Below, piece by piece: positions 1-11,567 of a stretch of 56,129 bases of DNA. Below the pieces are notes generated by a model, which saw only the letters and a list, made by a program, of their open reading frames with translations, did no database searches and was not told the DNA's origin. This DNA comes from Catajapyx aquilonaris (lineage: Eukaryota): the NCBI GenBank assembly GCA_000934665.2, contig KZ538655.1, positions 1 to 56,129 on the forward strand, written 5' to 3'. The stretch's first letter is position 1; each line of letters opens with the position of its first letter. The position numbers and the translations under genes are program-made.

Positions 1-442
1 TTTCTAGGTGATGGCGTCATGAACAAATGAAGTAATGACAGAAAAAATACGAGGTAAAAAAATCACAGCTCCAATCCTGCAGCAGGTGGAACTGTGAGAT
101 TTTGAACATAGATCCGCACCATCCTACTGCATCTTCGACCCTTTGACGAAGAAACCAAATTCCGAATAGTTATTGAGAAAAAAAATTGAGACGTATTTTT
201 TGGTGGTTTTAAATTTTTTGCGGCGTTTTAAAGAGGAATTAAGTAAAAGCGTAAATGGTAGGAAATCAAGTCACGGCGGTGGGGATCTGTGTTCAAAATT
301 TGGAAGCTCTACCTACAGCAGAACTTGAGTTAGGGCGAATAAAAAAAACGTAACTACAAGAACAAGAAGTAGGAAAAATTCATTGTTGAAACATTGTTGA
401 AATCTATGCTACGGTCTTACTTAAGGGCTATCTCCCTTAAAA
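1..442. mobile_element. Possible Helentron-associated (HINE/DINE-1-like) fragment
   Basis: Internal inverted repeat (98-120 gattttgaacatagatccgcacc vs 278-300 ggtggggatctgtgttcaaaatt) and a short hairpin ttaaggg..cccttaa followed by A's at 421-442. Family assignment is inference. Confidence 0.3.
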
Positions 443-559
443 TGTCCCCCCCCCTCAAAAAAAGAGACCAGAAATGGTATCCTGGCACCTGAAGTAACTT
501 GGTTGCTAGATTTCATAATTTTGTAGAAATTAAAGCTCAACCTGGGCATCACCGGCGCC

Positions 560-2273
560 AGCCTGACGTCCTTGGAGCTGTTGGACGTTCTCTGCAGGAC
601 ACTTGGCGATAGACAACACCGGAGCTTGCTTTCAAGTGTGGAACAAGTCAGAGCACTATGACCATACCCATCATATGTCAGCCATATCCTCCTGTGACCT
701 GAGACGAATTTTTTAACGCAATGTCAGTTCCTATTGCATTTTCTGAACATGTTCCCAATAAGAAACGAGAAAAAAATTTTAGTTTTAAAATATCGACAAA
801 AATGGCGGCAAACAACCAATGAGAACATTAGGACCCAATTGGTGCTACAAAAGCAGAACGGATGAAAGCTGAAAATTGAAATACCACTTAATGGATCACT
901 CACATAGTGCTCTATCCTCCAAACAATGTTTTTAAAATTCATTTGTGGAATTAGTGGCAGCAATTCCTCTCAGAAGACAATTAGAGATAAATGAAATTAT
1001 TTTTTAACGCCACCACTCCAGGCATGGGGCTTGCTCCTTCCCTTCTTACCAGCTAAATTGGTACCTTGCTATTCTAGATTTCAAAACTGAACACCATAGT
1101 GAAAAGCCCACTTCCTTATGGGTGTATAGGTACAGGCACGTAAAGAAAAGTCACACCCATTCAGCTAAAAATGCCATTTTTCGGATGTCCATTTAAATGG
1201 ACATTTGGTCTCAGGAAGAAAAGAAAATGACCAGTTCTCTACAGCAACAAAGATTGTCACAGAATCATCTTTTCGCAGTTCCTAAGACACATTCCTTGCG
1301 AATCCCAGGACATTCACTGCATTGCGAAAATCGCATTCTAAATATGAGTAAAAAAATAAAACTGATCAGATGAGCGCCTAGCTTCAGCAGCGGAATCCGC
1401 CATTTTGTCCGCGATTTAATTTTCGCGGCCCAAGCCAGATATTCGACGCTAGGTGGCTACAGCTATTGAGGCCAGATTGTAACCATGTGATACCAACAGA
1501 TTACAGTTCTGTTGGCATCACTGGTTGGCGCCAAAAAAATCTTTTGCTGATGTCGACATATGTCGACACCGGGTCTCAGGAGGATATTCACATTTTAAGA
1601 AAACCATCACCCTCAATGCGATAGAGTTCCAAATGTTTTTTCGGCGAGGGCAAAGCAGCGCCACTTTTGCTCCTCAGAGAGATGGTGAGGAACCAGTGAG
1701 GACACACAGGCGCGCATTCCTATCCTTGTGAGGTTTTTCCAAAATTTAAATTTAAAACTAACCTAACCTAACCTAACCTAACCTACAAGGAAACACACGA
1801 AATTCTGGTGAAATATATTTTTACTGTCTTTATGAGGTATTGTTTCGATTTTTCCCTATCCTTGTGAGGCGTGTGTTCACTATGAGGTACAGGAAAACTA
1901 CCTCGTAATGACAAAATTCCTCCCAAGGATAGAAATACGCGTCCACCAACTTCCCGACACCTTTCAGTCTTTCAATGTCCTAAGCATAGTGCTCTGACTT
2001 GTCACACACTCGAAATCGAGCTCCTGTGTTGTCGATCGCCGAGTTTTCTGCAACAGTTCCAAGCGCGTCAGGCTGGGGCCGTCTTAGGACGATAGTGCGA
2101 TTGGGTGGGGGTCACGATCCCCCCCCCCCCCACGCTCCCCATGAGATATGGACATCTAGATTCCAAATCAAATTGTAATCCCCGGAACTTCCAAATGTAG
2201 CAAAGATCTTCTCCGTATGTGTTACGGTTTTTTAATTAAAAAATCCGCGCCATGACTTTTGTTTCAACCCAAG
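560..2273 (-). mobile_element. Mariner-derived fold-back element, copy 1 (left TIR not seen)
   Basis: Minus strand 1590-1700 reads LVPHHLSEEQKWRCFALAEK/HLELYRIEGDGFLK (mariner WVPHEL linker region). 560-660 is the inverted copy of ~1985-2070. Terminus atgacttttgtttcaacccaag-TA at 2252-2275. Same family as 52433-53973. Confidence 0.75.
1703..1945. mobile_element. Non-autonomous element with internal (TAACC)5 telomere motif, inserted at a CA/AC site
   Basis: IR cgcgcattcctatccttgtgagg (1711-1733) / cctcccaaggatagaaatacgcg (1919-1941); (TAACC)5 at 1759-1783. It interrupts mariner sequence that is contiguous in the second copy (52555-52575). Confidence 0.7.
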
Positions 2274-2476
2274 TAGTCAAAGGGCATCCGAGATTGCACT
2301 TCTGGAACCTCCCACTTTTCAAGTTTCCATGGAGATGGCCCCACGCAATAAAAGAAATAACATTGTTGGTTTGTTGACATTGTTTACTCTTGTTGTTGCG
2401 TGGGGTCATCTCCATGGAAACTTGAGAAGTTGAAGGTTCCAGAAGTGGACAAGTATTCTCGCATGTCCTTTGACTA
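2274..2476. mobile_element. Palindromic MITE
   Basis: ~75-bp inverted arms: tagtcaaagggcatccgag...ccatggagatggccccacgcaa / ttgcgtggggtcatctccatgg...cctttgacta. Confidence 0.75.
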
Positions 2477-2833
2477 TACCGAGATCACTAACTTGGTCAC
2501 GATGCTTACAATTTATCCTGGGATATAGCCTTCCCGACGTACAGGAGAGGCTGAAGGGTTGCCCTTCACAGTCAGGATACGTGTTGGTCAATACGTGTTA
2601 CTCAATACAGTAACATGCTAAAATCTCGATATACAGGGTGTTCGAAAAAGGTGTTCCCCGTAAAGAACCAATGCAGTTCCGGAAGTATTCCATATATTTT
2701 ATTCCAATTTTCCGGGAAGGTGGCACATATGATCAAGTTTTTGTACAAAAAGTCACACCTCCACCTGTCCACCCTGGCGTCGAAGACACAGCTTAAACCG
2801 TTCTTCAGCTGCTCGCCAGGTGTATAACTTGTA

Positions 2834-2994
2834 CAGTGTTGGTCATATATCGAGGCAACCGCCAGCGACATTTTCCGTAGCGGCAGAAGAAGGAATCGAA
2901 GATAAGCATACTTACAAGCCGGTCGAGCAAGATTCCTTCTTCTGCCGCTTCGGAAAATGTCGCTGGCGGTTGCCTCGATATATGACCAACACTG
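2834..2994. mobile_element. Tc1-type palindromic MITE (TA TSD)
   Basis: 64-bp arms (2834-2897 / 2931-2994, one mismatch) starting CAGTGTTGG; TA at 2832-33 and 2995-96. The empty site is visible in the opposite arm (3320-3345). Confidence 0.9.
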
Positions 2995-3013
2995 TACGGA
3001 TACATCTTCAGTA

Positions 3014-3405
3014 AAACCAAAGTGTGTACTCTTGTTCGCTGAACTGAAAAGTGTGACTAGAGTGCGAAGAGAGTTCCAGCAACTGTTATGGCAAAGACCC
3101 ACCCTCCAACAAGTCAATCCTTAAGTGGTTCCGGAGTTTCGAAGCGACAGGCTGCATCGTCGATGGCAAGAGCTCTGGGTGTCCACCAACAACTTATCGT
3201 GTTGAGCAGGTGAGGGAAGCCATGTTGAAGAGTCCGCAGAAGTCCCTGCGTCGGAGATCCCTGGAGATGGATATCCCACTGAGTTCGATGCACCGCATCG
3301 TACGGAAAATTCTGAAGACGTATCCGTACAAGCTACACCTGGCGAACAGCTGAAGAACGGTTTAAGCTGTGTCTTCGACGTCAGGGTGGACATGCGGAGG
3401 TGTGA
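3014..3405 (+). pseudogene. Internally deleted Tc1-like transposase fragment
   Basis: Translates KPKCVLLFAELKSVTRVRREFQQL/YGKDPPSNKSILKWFRSFEATGCIVDGKSSGCP...VEQVREAMLKSPQKSLRRRSLEMDIPLSSMHRIVRKILKTYPYKLHL, fused to the C-terminal RFKLCLRRQGGHAEV*. The DDE domain is missing and there are frameshifts. Confidence 0.85.
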
Positions 3406-3494
3406 CTTTTTGTACAAAAACTTGATCATATGTGCCACCTTCCCGGCAAATTTGAATAGGAATTGGACAGAGCCCATCCCGCTGACAACACTAA

Positions 3495-4017
3495 AGGCCC
3501 GTTTACACGATGACTTTCCTAACGTTTGTACTTTACACAACTTTCCTAACGCAAGTCCCTACCCTCCACACGGCCACTTTGCTAACGTTCGTACTTATGG
3601 AAGTGGGCCGGTAGTAGCCGGTAGTAGCCAAGCTGCTGGGCCATTAGCAGTGTTTGGTAGCAAAGCGGCTTTCTTCCGGCCTAGTTGAATATGCACCGGA
3701 CATTACACCTCCTGCCCCTTCACTGTCGTCGTCGTTGTCGTGCTAGGCAACACGGAGGTGGAGGGTGCACGACGGTGCACGATATATCCGCAAATGGACA
3801 GGAGTTTGGCAAACTCCGCAAGTGCACGGGTGCGACCATGCTGCCATCTAGGGGGGTTTACGTACCAGCCGTTCCTAATTTACGGAGATATGGGTTCTGG
3901 GCGATCCGAAAGTACGAACGTGGGAAAGTGCGGCCGTTAGCCAAGTAGGAGCAGGGAGCGCTCTGATTGGCTCTCCGTCCGTACTTAACGTAGGAAAGTC
4001 ATCGTGTAAACGGGCCT
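3495..4017. mobile_element. PIF/Harbinger (Tourist-like) MITE
   Basis: Perfect 27-bp TIR aggcccgtttacacgatgactttccta; TAA TSD at 3492-94 and 4018-20. Confidence 0.9.
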
Positions 4018-4020
4018 TAA

Positions 4021-4421
4021 AAGAATAGCCGGTAGTGTGTCAGCCCTCTACAGCTGGAGGGATCAAAGACCATCCGTAGAATTCGCTGACCAGGCGAATC
4101 CTTAAGAAGGTTGTTAGTGTTGGTAAATAGGAAAGGACACGTAGGATAGGTAAAATATATTATTGGGATAATAAAAAGGGTTGGGTGAATAGAGTCTGGG
4201 TGTGACAAACTGACAATACCACCATTGGATGGGGCCAATGATAGGGAAGGAAGGAAGCGGCTGTGGTATAAGTATTATACGGAAACAACCCCGGCATTAT
4301 CCTGGGAGGACCGTGGAAAACCACAGATAACCACGGTCAGGGTTGCCGACCCCGGGATTCGAACCCAGGACCTCCCGATTAGCCGTCGGACTCCTTAACC
4401 ACTACACCAACTTGCTTCGGT
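4021..4421 (-). mobile_element. tRNA-derived SINE, family A
   Basis: Head accgaagcaagttggtgtagtggttaagg...ggttcgaatcc (A/B boxes). Body 4216-4421 is shared with the 8029, 41554 and 42674 copies; 3' boundary uncertain. Confidence 0.85.
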
Positions 4422-4477
4422 GTTATGTGGTTTTAAAAATTGAACATTCTTTTTCGATGACCCTGCATCATCAAGTA

Positions 4478-5087
4478 CAGTAAAACTTCCATAATTCGAA
4501 TATCCATGAGAGCGGAAAAAAACTTCGCGCTATAGAAGATTCGAGTTAGAGAAGTTTGCATTTTTTAAAGCACAGAACTCTATAAGGAAGCCTACCTTTA
4601 TATCCAGCTACGAAAGGTGTTCAAAACTTCAAAATAACTGTCACTTTACAATGTTCCTCGTTGTTTTGGTGTAAAGAAACTCCGTGATGGACATTTGCCT
4701 ACTCTTAGATTCAAGGATTCAATATTGTCACAATCGAGTCAAACACTTCTTTCGGTACGTCTGGTACTGGTAGACGGAGATCAGGAAATTGAGCCTTTCT
4801 GCACATGTGGCCTACTCTCGACCCTTCGGATGGGAAATGAGAAAATTTTCCGTACTCGCCAACAATCCACAAAATGCTTCAAAAACCTGTAGCCGAATTT
4901 TAAAATGTTTTCCCATTTCCGTAAATTTCCTCCCCACAATCGCGATTATGGGGAGGAAATTTCCGGAAATTGATGTTATATGCGGGATAAGTATCTCGAG
5001 GGACCAGGAAAACCGAGCGGTATATGCGGGAAAGCGTTAAAAGCGGGAAAGCGTTATATGCGGGAGCGTTATATCGAAGTTTTACAG
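4478..5087. mobile_element. Tigger/pogo-like MITE
   Basis: TA-cagtaaaacttc ... gaagttttacag-TA termini, with gcgggaaagcgtta subterminal repeats. Confidence 0.65.
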
Positions 5088-7767
5088 TATTACGCCTCAT
5101 GGACAGCATGCTGTACAGTACAATATGATTGTACAGTACAGTACACAGCATTTTCTAACTGGCATGTCCGTAGTGGTTTCAGATTTCTGGCCATGAACGG
5201 CTTATTTTGAATCATTTGGTTTTAAACCACTAACTTGAGGAGTTATAAGAACTGTGATCTACCAATATTAGGCTAGTAGTCTTCTAATTTATAGAGCCTT
5301 GTCCTCCAATCGGAAAGGAGGACAATCACAATCCAGATTGTAATACAGTAGTTCTGATAGTGTGATTTGGCACTATAACGGCGGCCATATTTAATCCGCT
5401 GGCTTCACAGCTCAAGTTAGTGGTAAGTGAAGGTGCCCAAGAGGCGTTGCAGAGTGGCTTTTTGAGCCACAATGAGGATGTAATTGCTTGAGGGGCGTCT
5501 TGGAAACAATGGCTGTTACTAATTCCCAGTGTTGATTTTATATTAGGAAATGATACTTTTAATGAAAGTAACTCCAAATTATATCAGATTATGCGAACGT
5601 GACACTGGGATGTTTTTTAATCAAATATTCTTCCCTGTTCCCCCTACCCTTATGAAAACATGTTGCTCTGCTGCTATTTTTCAGGGTTTGAAACAGGTAT
5701 AGAAAATACGATAAAACTGTGCCTTCATTGTTTTTTTTAATGGCATTGCATGCGCTGCTGGGAGACCGAGTCCTCTAATGCAAACGACACAGATTGCACT
5801 AATTTCAATTCATAGCGACATGCGCTGTTGTGGGCGATTGCTGGAGACAAGAAGTGTCCAATATTTGTCGTAGTCTATGTTTTTACCAGTTTGTACATCG
5901 ACATTTCACAATACTCCTACATTTTGGTACTTGTTTTGAACCTATGCTGGAATTCGGACATTTTAAACTGATGCGTAATCAGATTATGTCCCCATTTCAA
6001 TCTAGAACTTTTTAACTCTGATATAAAAATGCACTTTTGGGCAGTACAAATCGCCAAGAGTCGGACTTTCAGGTGTCAGTTTTTTTTACAGATGTTTTAG
6101 TCGTATGAAGGGTAGGCTTAAAACGAAAGATATATGCATACCTTGTTTCTGGCTGTAGCCAAAATTTCAACTGCGCTAATTAAACTATCGTAGCTATGTA
6201 TAGCTCCAATCTTGCTCATTCTGTGCTACATATTTGCTAACATGTAATAGCTAACTTACAAAACAGCCGAAAACACACAAATGCCTTTTCTTGTAGGCCT
6301 ATTTCCCGGCCTCATCTCTCCTACCCAGGTTAGTTAATTATTTTCGGTCCATGCGTCATAAATATATTGATAAATTAATGATATTTTATTATGCTTAACA
6401 ATTAAAGCAGATCTGTATTAGTAGACATGTTGTTGGAAATGTTTCTTCTTGGGAAATTTATTGATTGATTTTTTTGAGAAAATATATTATTGCTGGCGGC
6501 CGCAGCGGTCTACTCTAATTGCGGCCGTCCTGGGAAGGGCACAATTCTCCTTTCCTTTTCATCCCTTTCATGAATTTTTGATAGTTACAATACTCACATC
6601 AGGGTGCTGAAATATTTATCAGAATTTTATTATGATTCGACCTGAGCGTAATTTGCATAATTTTTGAGCAATGTATCACCCCTATACTATATTTTTAGTT
6701 TCTTTTAGGTAAATTTAATAAGGGTAGAGAGGCTCTTGTTATGTAATGTCCCTTCTAGGCTAATAAAAGCGCATGAGGGGTGGGAAGAGCCCACATTAAA
6801 GCCAAGGCATGCTTACTCAACTCCAGGAGTTGGGAGGACTTGAGCCAAACGCGGTACTATCAGCATTCAAGGGGGGTAAGTTGGGCTTTGATAATTGCTC
6901 AACAAGTTTCTGCCAGGTTGCTAAGCGCCCTAGGTATCTGAATGGAGCTGAGGAAACAAAAACAAGGCGCCGAAGGAAAGTAAGGCCTTCCAAAGAAGAA
7001 ACCATTTCTCTCCCGTTCGTCGTATCCGTGATCGGAATTTTAAAAAAAGTGTTGCCCGGAGGAGAAGCTCACTTAGTTCGTCCAACGAGAAATTTCCTCC
7101 TCCTTTCCCCAACCCCTTTCTCCAACTTTGCCAAAATTAACCCCCTCCAACCATCCCTCCGTTTCATTTGTAGGGCCAACAACTCGTAAATTTGTTTCAG
7201 AGGACAAACAAAAGGGGGGTTGTTGTGCTAATTTGCTCGTAACTCAAATTCATATTGACCCCTCCACTTCTCTGCCCCGGTTTAATAACCTATCTCAAAA
7301 TCTGGTTAAAAGTTTTCCGTGTTTTGGAGTATTTTTAAAAAGCGAGAACAAAAAAAGGCAAATGTTGGTTGCAAGTTTGAAATGAATTACCGATGACATG
7401 GAATTTTAATTCCAGCTTCGTCAATGAAGAATTCCTGCTTATTTTTACACTCCTGCGTAAAACCCATCCCAGGCTTATTAATTACCACCCCCTTCCCCCC
7501 TCAAGTCAATTAGCAATTCCAAAGTGACGCCTGGCAACGGCTGTTTTAATTAGCTGGAGTCAATACACAACAGGCCAAGCAGTCAGATGGGCTGGTTATT
7601 GGGGAAGGGATGGGAAGCTTCTAGTTTCATTTCATTAGTGTCAAGCTGTACCTGTTCCCGCAGGAGGATATGCTCCACCTTTGTATTAGCCTGATTATTT
7701 CTCACCCGATTTCTGCCATCTTTTTACTATACTGCTGAATGTTAGAATAAGAGTCTTGATAAGAGTA

Positions 7768-8330
7768 CACTCAAAATAATATTGAAATGGACGAAGTAAA
7801 CAAAACTATTTGGTTGAAAGAACTCAGGTTACTTCAACCAAATTATTAATTACCTTAATAGTCTTATTGGTTGAACCGACAAAAATATTTTGGGTTACGA
7901 GTATACCATTTTTTCAACCAAATCTTTAGTCAGCACAATCAAGGACAATAATTCGACTGTGTTAACGACGGCAACCAAACCTTCGTTGCACGAACCAAAT
8001 ATTTTGCTTGATACTATTATTTGGTCATACCGAAGCAAGTTGGTGTGGTGGTTAAGGAGCCGGACTGCTTGTCCTGGGTTAGAATCCCGGGGCCGGCAAC
8101 CCTGAACGTGGTTTTCTGTGGGTTTCCACGGTCCCCCCAGGATAATTCCACGGTTGTTTCCGTATAATAGCCCACAGCCGCCTCCTTCCTTCCCTATCCT
8201 TGGCCTCATCCAATGGTGGTACTCCACCCCCCCCCTCCCTAATGGAGCGCCGATTCTCCCAATGGTATAAATAAATAAAAATTATTTGGTCATGTCCACC
8301 AAAATAATGTTTGGCAGGTTCATACACAAT
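7768..8330. mobile_element. Degenerate CACTA-like element with ttggttg/caaccaa subrepeats (host of a SINE)
   Basis: Starts cactcaaaa; many caaccaaa/tttggtt motifs in both orientations; right terminus not found. Confidence 0.35.
8029..8280 (+). mobile_element. tRNA-derived SINE, family A
   Basis: tRNA-like head, A-rich (taaa)n tail, 13-bp TSD attatttggtcat (8016-8028 / 8281-8293). Confidence 0.92.
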
Positions 8331-8351
8331 GCTTCAAATATTGGAGAGTTA

Positions 8352-8898
8352 TAAGGGTTATTCAGATGAAAACGAGCCACGGTCATAGAGCAAATTTCCG
8401 GATGGATTTGTCGCGACATCTTATACACAAAACGAACACCGGTACGGTGTAGTATTATATGACACACTGACAGATGGTCATTCGATCACTCGACACAGTC
8501 GCAGAGTGCCTTTGTTCAGGACACCCACCGTGAAAAAGACCATCCAGTCAGATATTATGGAAGCAAGGAATGTTGAGAAGCGAGCGGTAATCCGTTTTTG
8601 AACCGTGGAAGGTGTCGGGAGTACAGAAATGCATCTCCTTATGAGTACCGTGTACGAAAACTGCATATCTTTGTAGTGTTAGAGCCAGGAGTAAACGGTT
8701 TGCTTACCCTGGTCTGGAATCACCAGTCAACGTCAACCGCTGGAAGACATTCAGTTTTCGTGTACGGTACTCATGCGGAGAAGGAATTCTGTACTCCCGA
8801 CACCTTTCGCTGTTCAAAAAACTGATAAGGTGTCGCGACAAACCCATCCGGAAATTTTCTATATGACCATGGCTTGTTTTCATCTGAATGATCCTATC
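8352..8898 (+). mobile_element. Mariner-derived fold-back MITE (5' end duplicated)
   Basis: ~73-bp terminal IRs flanked by TA. The ATG at 8557 gives MEARNVEKRAVIRF*TVEGVGSTEMHLLMSTVYEN (mariner N-terminus). 8753-8826 is an inverted copy of 8590-8662. Confidence 0.85.
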
Positions 8899-9014
8899 TA
8901 TGTCAACGGACTGATTATATTTTTTCACCTATATATGACACTGTATAGGCTATGTGTGCAAGTGAGTAATGAACTATACCGATAATTGTGTTTTATCTAT
9001 TTTACTGCACATAT

Positions 9015-9127
9015 CGCTGTTCAGTATGATTGTTAATCAACATATCAGGTAACCTAGTTGGGGTCACAACTGTTGTGACCCCAACTAGGTTACCTGATAT
9101 GTTGATTAACAATCATACTGAACAGCG
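9015..9127. repeat. Perfect 56-bp-arm palindrome with 1-nt spacer
   Basis: 9015-9070 is the exact reverse complement of 9072-9127. Confidence 0.97.
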
Positions 9128-9853
9128 TCCGCCTCAGTGCAACTGCGTTTAACACAGATGGCGGGAAATGCTTTTGTTGAACTTTTGATTTTTTTTTTCT
9201 GATTAAGTCAGTTCATATTAGTTCCCGAAATACAAAAATCGAGATAAAACATTTTTCTGAATGCTTGTTTGCGAGAAAATGGCGTTCCCTCTAATTTGGG
9301 ATGCTAGGAAAATGTAACCTAGTATGGCTATAATAGTTGTTGATTACAATGCCATGGCAACAATGCCATTCAGCAATATACATAGCTTCATAATGATAAA
9401 ATAGCTATAGTGATTATGCTATTTGAGACTCAGTAGCAGCTAATGCGATTCCGCTATGACGTTATTCTACTATGTTGATCGTGATGTTGGTACACTACAG
9501 CGTGCCCCTACCCCTGCCACATTTAGTCTCTCCCATTACTTCTCACTTTTCAATATTTTCAGTGCTCGAATATAGCAGAATATCGATAGCTGCTGCTCAG
9601 CTGCAATTATTTTCAGTAACTGTTATTTAAATAACAGTTATTGCAAAGTAGCTGTTATTTCTACTACGACGAGGGGAGCAGATCAGCGATGATAAGGGCC
9701 CATCTCTGATTGGCCGGATACCTGCCAAGTTCCTCTCAACAGTCGCTTTCCCAAGAGATTTGTCTGTCAGGCAAGGGCCGATGTCGAATGGTCGACACGA
9801 GGGTGCCACAACTAGCACATCAACGTTTTCAGGACCCAGTTGTGGATCACCTG

Positions 9854-10128
9854 CAGGGTGTTAATCCTAAGCGTGTCACCAGAAAAGGTGGTGGTAGAGG
9901 GCGCAGGTGTGAGCATTTTTGCATAAGGAACTAGGGGTCGGAAACGCACTCTCACCGAGTTACGCCCCTTTCAAGTTTGGGGCAGGCAGTGTGCTAGAGG
10001 CGTGCGGCACGCGGCGGAGTGACTCGGTGAGGGTGCGTTTCCGACCCCTAGTTTCTTATGCGAAAATGCTCACACCTGCGCCCTCTACCACCACCTTTTC
10101 TAGTGACACGCTTAGGATTAACACCCTG
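9854..10128. mobile_element. Tc1-type palindromic MITE
   Basis: ~110-bp arms starting cagggtgttaatcctaagcgtgtcac; right flank TA, left flank TG. Confidence 0.88.
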
Positions 10129-10560
10129 TAGATAAAACTTTGTCTACATAATATTGACGCAAAAGGACACCAAATCTGGAGAATTTGAAGCATTTACGTA
10201 TATCGTACTTCGTATATCCCTTCCCACTCAAAAAACCCGAAATAACACTTCCACTGATTTGAATGCAAGGTTTTACTTTCTACGTGTCACTTAGCGAATC
10301 CGCTAAGAAAAGCAAAATTGCTAGGCAAAAATCGGAGGTGACATGTTCAGGTTGACATGTTCTCATTCACTAAGTAGGTCATGAATGGTACACATGTTGC
10401 GATCAGTCAACCTCAAAGGGATGTGAAAAGAAGCCAGACGTCTCATTTCCACTCAATATTGCCGCGTTTAATAGTAATTTAGGTTCTAAGTCTCCACTGA
10501 GCCACTGCTGGGGCACGGTCCACTATTGGGGCACCTACCTTATGTGTCACTTTATTTTGC

Positions 10561-10925
10561 AGATACGTGAAGACGCACTTCTGTGACAATGCCACAGTCA
10601 TGTTTGATGGTTACCGTGAAACGCTCACTATACTAAAGGAGAGACAGAAGCGACGTGCAGCTAAGAAGTCATCCACTGATGTAGTGTTTGACCGCAACTG
10701 AGTTGCAAACACACTACAGGATGACTTCCTTAGCAATAGGCGAAAATAAGTCTCATATCATTCAGCTCCTCACTGGATCCCTCCTGAATGCTGGACTCAG
10801 GGTGCGGCAAGCTTCTGGTAATGCTGATACGCTTGTGGTCCGTACAGCAGTCGAGGAAGACAGAAGCGGCCATTTTGTTGTTGTAGTGGCCACAGCATAC
10901 ACGGATGCCTTTTCCGTCCTTTACA
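10561..10925 (+). pseudogene. Academ transposase XPG/PIN-like domain fragment
   Basis: RYVKTHFCDNATVMFDGY...KERQKRRA...DVVFDRN*...QDDFLSN/ENKSHIIQLL...VRQASGNADTLVVRTA...VVVVATAYTD matches the VFDGY..K..E..RR..FLSN..NK..QA..DADT..DTD pattern I recall for Academ XPG domains. One stop, one frameshift. Confidence 0.75.
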
Positions 10926-11161
10926 TTTTGTCGAGTCTGCTGTGCGGAACGGATTATTTTTATGTTTTCAAAAGTGCAATGAGAATATTCAAATTTGGCG
11001 GGCGTTTTCACGGTGACCTTGACCTGCAGGTGATATGATGACCTGATGGTCACGTTTTACATTCAATAAATTGTAAACATTTTAAGAGCAATCGGAGCAA
11101 AACCAGACGAGTAGTTTCGATTTTATAGCCAATTCCACGGCGAGTGTCACTTTATGTACTA

Positions 11162-11433
11162 CTAGCTGCGGCACCCGGCGTTGCCCGGGAAGAAATGAAT
11201 GAAGGGAAAACACCTGTCAGTAGCCCCGTCAACTGTCTGTCTGTGGTCCTGCTACTCCAACACCTTGAACCTCTCCCGCCTGTATAACGGAAACCGTCAT
11301 TTGCCCGCCGTCTGTAGTCAACCCCCAACACCTCCATCCTCTCCCGGCCTGGGGGTGGAGCACAGATGGCTGGCAAATGACGGTTGGCAGGAGGACAGAC
11401 AGACAGACTCACAAACGGCTTTATTTATATAGA
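11162..11433 (-). mobile_element. Non-autonomous Helitron
   Basis: Minus strand: 5' TCtatataaataaagccgtttgtga(gtct)n; 3' hairpin cccgggcaacgccggg + CTAG; inserted between A and T. Same termini as 23781-25182. Confidence 0.9.
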
Positions 11434-11567
11434 TGGGGCTCAAATTGTTTTGGCTACTTTATCCTGGTCTTGAAGCAACCCTTCACACAGGCCCCACGTT
11501 GAGCAGGTGTGTGTGTGAAGGGTTGCTTCAAGACTAGGATAAAGTGGCCAAAACAATTTGAGCCCCA
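11434..11567. repeat. Palindromic MITE-like element
   Basis: 56-bp arms tggggctcaaattgttttgg...cttcacaca / tgtgtgaag...aatttgagcccca. Confidence 0.85.

Larger units (their letters stand above)
2634..4465 (+). mobile_element. Tc1/mariner (DUF4817-HTH type) fold-back derivative with three nested insertions
   Basis: TA-cagggtgttcgaaaaaggtgttc left TIR; degenerate right TIR gaacattctttttcgatgaccctg at 4442-4465. Excluding the nested MITE, 2700-3011 is the inverted copy of 3311-3460. Confidence 0.75.

Noticed and set aside
1759..1783. True telomere or chromosome-fusion relic
   Set aside because: Only five units, and internal to an IR-bounded insertion.
2602..3688. Overlapping ORFs with duplicated peptides
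   Set aside because: Artefact of the inverted repeats; the real homology is the broken Tc1 transposase frame.
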